NCBI GenBank assembly: GCA_049613795.1
Contig: JBMZCX010000004.1
Coordinates: 6,578-70,577, forward strand
Reading direction: 5' to 3'
From: Thalassotalea sp.
Lineage (GTDB): Bacteria > Pseudomonadota > Gammaproteobacteria > Enterobacterales > Alteromonadaceae
Length of the DNA stretch: 64,000 bases
Positions 61,055 to 64,000 of this stretch are shown here, piece by piece. The position numbers and the translations under genes were made by a program. Every line of letters starts with the position of its first letter. The first letter of the stretch is position 1. The notes under the pieces were generated by a model, which made no database searches, had not been told where the DNA came from, and saw only the letters and a program-made list of their open reading frames with translations.

Positions 61055-61194
61055 AAAACTATGTCACCTCTCCTGTGTGTTCAAACAATATTTTCTAGTG
61101 ATAACCCAGCATTTATAAACTATTTATTTCAATTTAATTATGCCATGATACGTCCTACGCAATAACACAATATTACACTAAAACACTGTGAATA

Positions 61195-63993
61195 ATGCAT
61201 AAAATAAGCCTGAAAGATTGGGTAATTTTACTCACTATCGTTCCAACAACATTAATTGGGATAACTCTTGCTGGTTATTTTTCTTATAGCCGTTATGCCG
61301 AGTTAAATAATTACTTGGTTGAACGTTCCTCCAGTATAATTGAACCTTTAGCCATAACGAGCACAGAGGCCATTCTTACTAATCAACGTGAAAAATTACG
61401 CCATATATTAGGTTTTGCGCATCGCAGTCAATCAACTATTGTAAAAAGCATTACTGTCTTCACTAAAGATAATCAATTATTTGTGACCAGTGCCTATCAT
61501 GGCAACGTATCTTCTATGCGTTTAGCTGCAGGTGCTAACATTCCCATTCATACCACTGTTACCGAAAAAGAAGACTACTTAATTTTCAGAACGCCAATAG
61601 TAAATGAAGCAAGCAACGATAGTCTTATAAATACTAATGAGGGATCTCAAGCAACGATTGGTTATATCGCGATGCAAGTCGATAAAAATCAAATTAAGTT
61701 TGACCAGCAAAGCCAAGCACTCGTTGCTTTTAGTATTGTTTTATTTGGCGTGTTAATTAACGCCATTTTTTCGATTAGACTCATTAAAAATGTAACTCGC
61801 CCTGTCAGTTCAATGGTATTAGCCGTTGATCGCATTCGAGAAGGGAAGCGAGAAAGCCGTATAAGTGGCCAACTTATTGGAGAGCTTAACTTTCTAAAAA
61901 ATGGTGTTAATGCCATGGCCCAATCGTTAGGAGATTACCATGATGAAATGCAAAAAAGCATTGACCAAGCAACACTCGATTTACGAGAAAGTTTAGAGCA
62001 GTTTGAAATTCAAAATGTGCAATTAGACATAGCAAAGCGACGCGCACAAGAAGCTAATAAAGTTAAGTCTGAATTTCTAGCCAATATGAGCCATGAATTA
62101 CGTACACCGTTAAATGGGGTTATTGGGTTTACTCGGCAAGTGTTAAAAACACCTCTGTCTAATACTCAACGCGATTATTTACAAACAATTGAACGTTCTG
62201 CGGGCAACTTACTCGCCATCATTAATGATATTCTCGATTTCTCTAAATTAGATGCAGGTAAAATGGTGATTGAAAATATACCATTTTCACTAAGAGCCTC
62301 TGTCGATGAAGCCATTACCTTATTAGCTCCTAGTGCTCATAAAAAGAATATCGAACTTTCATTGCGTGTTAAGCAAGATCTACCTGATGCATTTATTGGC
62401 GATGCTATGCGAATTAAACAAATATTAATTAACTTAGCCAGCAACGCCATAAAGTTTACTGACACAGGTACTGTCACTATCGAAATAAGTGGTGAATTAC
62501 TTAACAACAAAATAGCACAATTAAAAGTGTCTGTTGTTGACAGTGGTATTGGTATGAATAAAGCACAACAAGACACTATTTTTGAAGCTTTTGGTCAAGC
62601 AGATAAAAGTGTAACTCGTCTTTACGGTGGCACTGGGCTTGGCTTAGTTATTTCACAACGCCTAGCCACTGAAATGAACGGTGACATAGGCTTTATCAGT
62701 GAAGAAGAACATGGCTCCACTTTCTGGTTTACTTTCGAATGTGAACAAAATAAAACCGCTGAAAACAGAATATATCAACCACAATCACTTAAAAATAAGC
62801 AAATACTTTATTTTGAAACGTATTTGCACAGTAGGCTTGCCACTACTGAAATCATGGAAAGCTGGCAAATGCTCGTTACTCCTGTCAGTAACCTTGAACA
62901 AGTAAATAATGCTCTAAATAGCCATATTCACTATGACTACGCGTTAATTGGCCACGACGTAACACCAATCGCATTAAATGAATTAAAGCAACTCATCACT
63001 TCTATAAAAAGCGACATTCCGTCAATACATTTAGCAATAAATAGCAATTCCCCTAATTTGCAAGAAGCCCTTATCGCAATTGGTGCTAATAGCTGTATTA
63101 GCAAGCCGATAACCGCTGAACGACTTGCCAAAGTGTTATTTTCAAATAAAGACACCATCGCAACAAGCATGACAGATAAAGATGAAACAATATTGCCTAT
63201 AAAAGTGCTTGCAGTTGACGATAATGAAGCTAATTTAAAGTTGCTCAATGCTCTACTACACGAACAAGTGTCGGAAGTCACACTCGCTAATAATGGTAAA
63301 AAAGCCGTTGAACTTTGTAAAAGTGAGAAGTTTGCGCTGATCTTTATGGATATACAAATGCCTGTTATGGACGGCGTATCAGCACTTAACCATATAAAAA
63401 GCAGTACATTTAACGATCAAACCCCCATTATTGCCGTAACGGCACATGCACTAAGTGGTGAAAAAGATAAACTATTAAAAGAGGGCTTTGACTCGTACAT
63501 GACTAAGCCTATTGATGAAGCAATGTTAAAGCACATTATTTACGAACATTGCGATCCTGACTTATTTGGCCAGCAAGCGTTGCTAGTAGATGGCGTTAAA
63601 ACAAAAGAGCAAGAGCTACTACTGCCTAAAAGTATATCTACAAGTGCTATTGACTGGGATCTTGCCATTAAAAGAGCAGGACAAAAAGAAGCTCTCGCAA
63701 AAGAAATGTTACAAAGCTTAGTAAGTAGCTTACCTAGTACTAATCAAGATATTGTCAGTGCCATTTCCGACAAAAACATTGGTCAGCTAAAAACAGTGAT
63801 TCATAAACTAAATGGTGCTTGTTGTTACTCGGGAGTGCCTGCCTTAGGCCGCATTGTACATCAAATTGAAACTGACTTAAAAAAAGGTGAATCTATAGAC
63901 AGTTTAGAGCCTGAATTTTTTGAATTATTTGAACAGATAGAGCATGTTATGGCTGAAGCGCCAGCGCTGCTTGAAAGGTTTGATAATGTTTAG
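61195..63993 (+). CDS. barA: Hybrid sensor kinase BarA/GacS
   Basis: Two TM, HAMP, SHELRTPLNG, HATPase, receiver FMDIQMP, Hpt HKLNGACCYSG. Confidence 0.94.
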   Translation: MHKISLKDWVILLTIVPTTLIGITLAGYFSYSRYAELNNYLVERSSSIIEPLAITSTEAILTNQREKLRHILGFAHRSQSTIVKSITVFTKDNQLFVTSAYHGNVSSMRLAAGANIPIHTTVTEKEDYLIFRTPIVNEASNDSLINTNEGSQATIGYIAMQVDKNQIKFDQQSQALVAFSIVLFGVLINAIFSIRLIKNVTRPVSSMVLAVDRIREGKRESRISGQLIGELNFLKNGVNAMAQSLGDYHDEMQKSIDQATLDLRESLEQFEIQNVQLDIAKRRAQEANKVKSEFLANMSHELRTPLNGVIGFTRQVLKTPLSNTQRDYLQTIERSAGNLLAIINDILDFSKLDAGKMVIENIPFSLRASVDEAITLLAPSAHKKNIELSLRVKQDLPDAFIGDAMRIKQILINLASNAIKFTDTGTVTIEISGELLNNKIAQLKVSVVDSGIGMNKAQQDTIFEAFGQADKSVTRLYGGTGLGLVISQRLATEMNGDIGFISEEEHGSTFWFTFECEQNKTAENRIYQPQSLKNKQILYFETYLHSRLATTEIMESWQMLVTPVSNLEQVNNALNSHIHYDYALIGHDVTPIALNELKQLITSIKSDIPSIHLAINSNSPNLQEALIAIGANSCISKPITAERLAKVLFSNKDTIATSMTDKDETILPIKVLAVDDNEANLKLLNALLHEQVSEVTLANNGKKAVELCKSEKFALIFMDIQMPVMDGVSALNHIKSSTFNDQTPIIAVTAHALSGEKDKLLKEGFDSYMTKPIDEAMLKHIIYEHCDPDLFGQQALLVDGVKTKEQELLLPKSISTSAIDWDLAIKRAGQKEALAKEMLQSLVSSLPSTNQDIVSAISDKNIGQLKTVIHKLNGACCYSGVPALGRIVHQIETDLKKGESIDSLEPEFFELFEQIEHVMAEAPALLERFDNV

Positions 63994-64000
63994 AGCAGGT

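Noticed and set aside
1168-63281. Many 60-190 aa ORFs antisense or out of frame within known genes (e.g. 41968-42540, 24598-24960, 44713-45060, 52221-52460)
   Set aside because: They overlap well-supported CDSs, lack RBS and motifs, and look like shadow ORFs.
1-64000. CRISPR arrays, tRNA/rRNA genes, integrases, transposases, CsrB-like GGA-repeat RNA
   Set aside because: No regularly spaced repeats, cloverleaf motifs, recombinase ORFs or dense GGA hairpin arrays were seen by eye.

Overview
An AT-rich (roughly 37-38% GC by eye) chromosomal window from a marine gammaproteobacterium, most consistent with Colwelliaceae (Colwellia/Thalassotalea-like; inferred from gene content, not tested). Most of it is core genome: deaD, a Lon-like protease, the leuS-lptE-holA-nadD-rsfS-rlmH-mrdA-mrdB-rlpA-dacA-ybeD-lipB-lipA block, oadGAB, cspA, yebC, mazG-relA and barA. 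Accessory content includes a complete clade I nitrous-oxide reductase cluster (nosRZDFYL) with two FNR/DNR-type promoters, a cluster of orphan carbohydrate-type enzymes (SDR, amidohydrolase, enolase-superfamily enzyme, class II aldolase), an iodotyrosine-deiodinase-family flavoprotein behind a perfect 14-bp inverted repeat, a plant-type DapA, a GlyGly-CTERM cyclophilin and a hypothetical-FapA(DUF342) pair with a structured leader. Two small genes absent from the ORF track were read directly (5122-5298 minus, 9415-9579 plus). Several degenerate TA-flanked ERIC/MITE-like elements and candidate operators (TyrR/PhhR, GntR-type, RegA-type, sigma54) are visible. No tRNA, rRNA, CRISPR array, transposase or prophage was seen. 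I found no clearly new multi-gene system; the findings are leads. Several start codons were moved from the ORF track using RBS position. All family assignments come from motif recognition without database searches.
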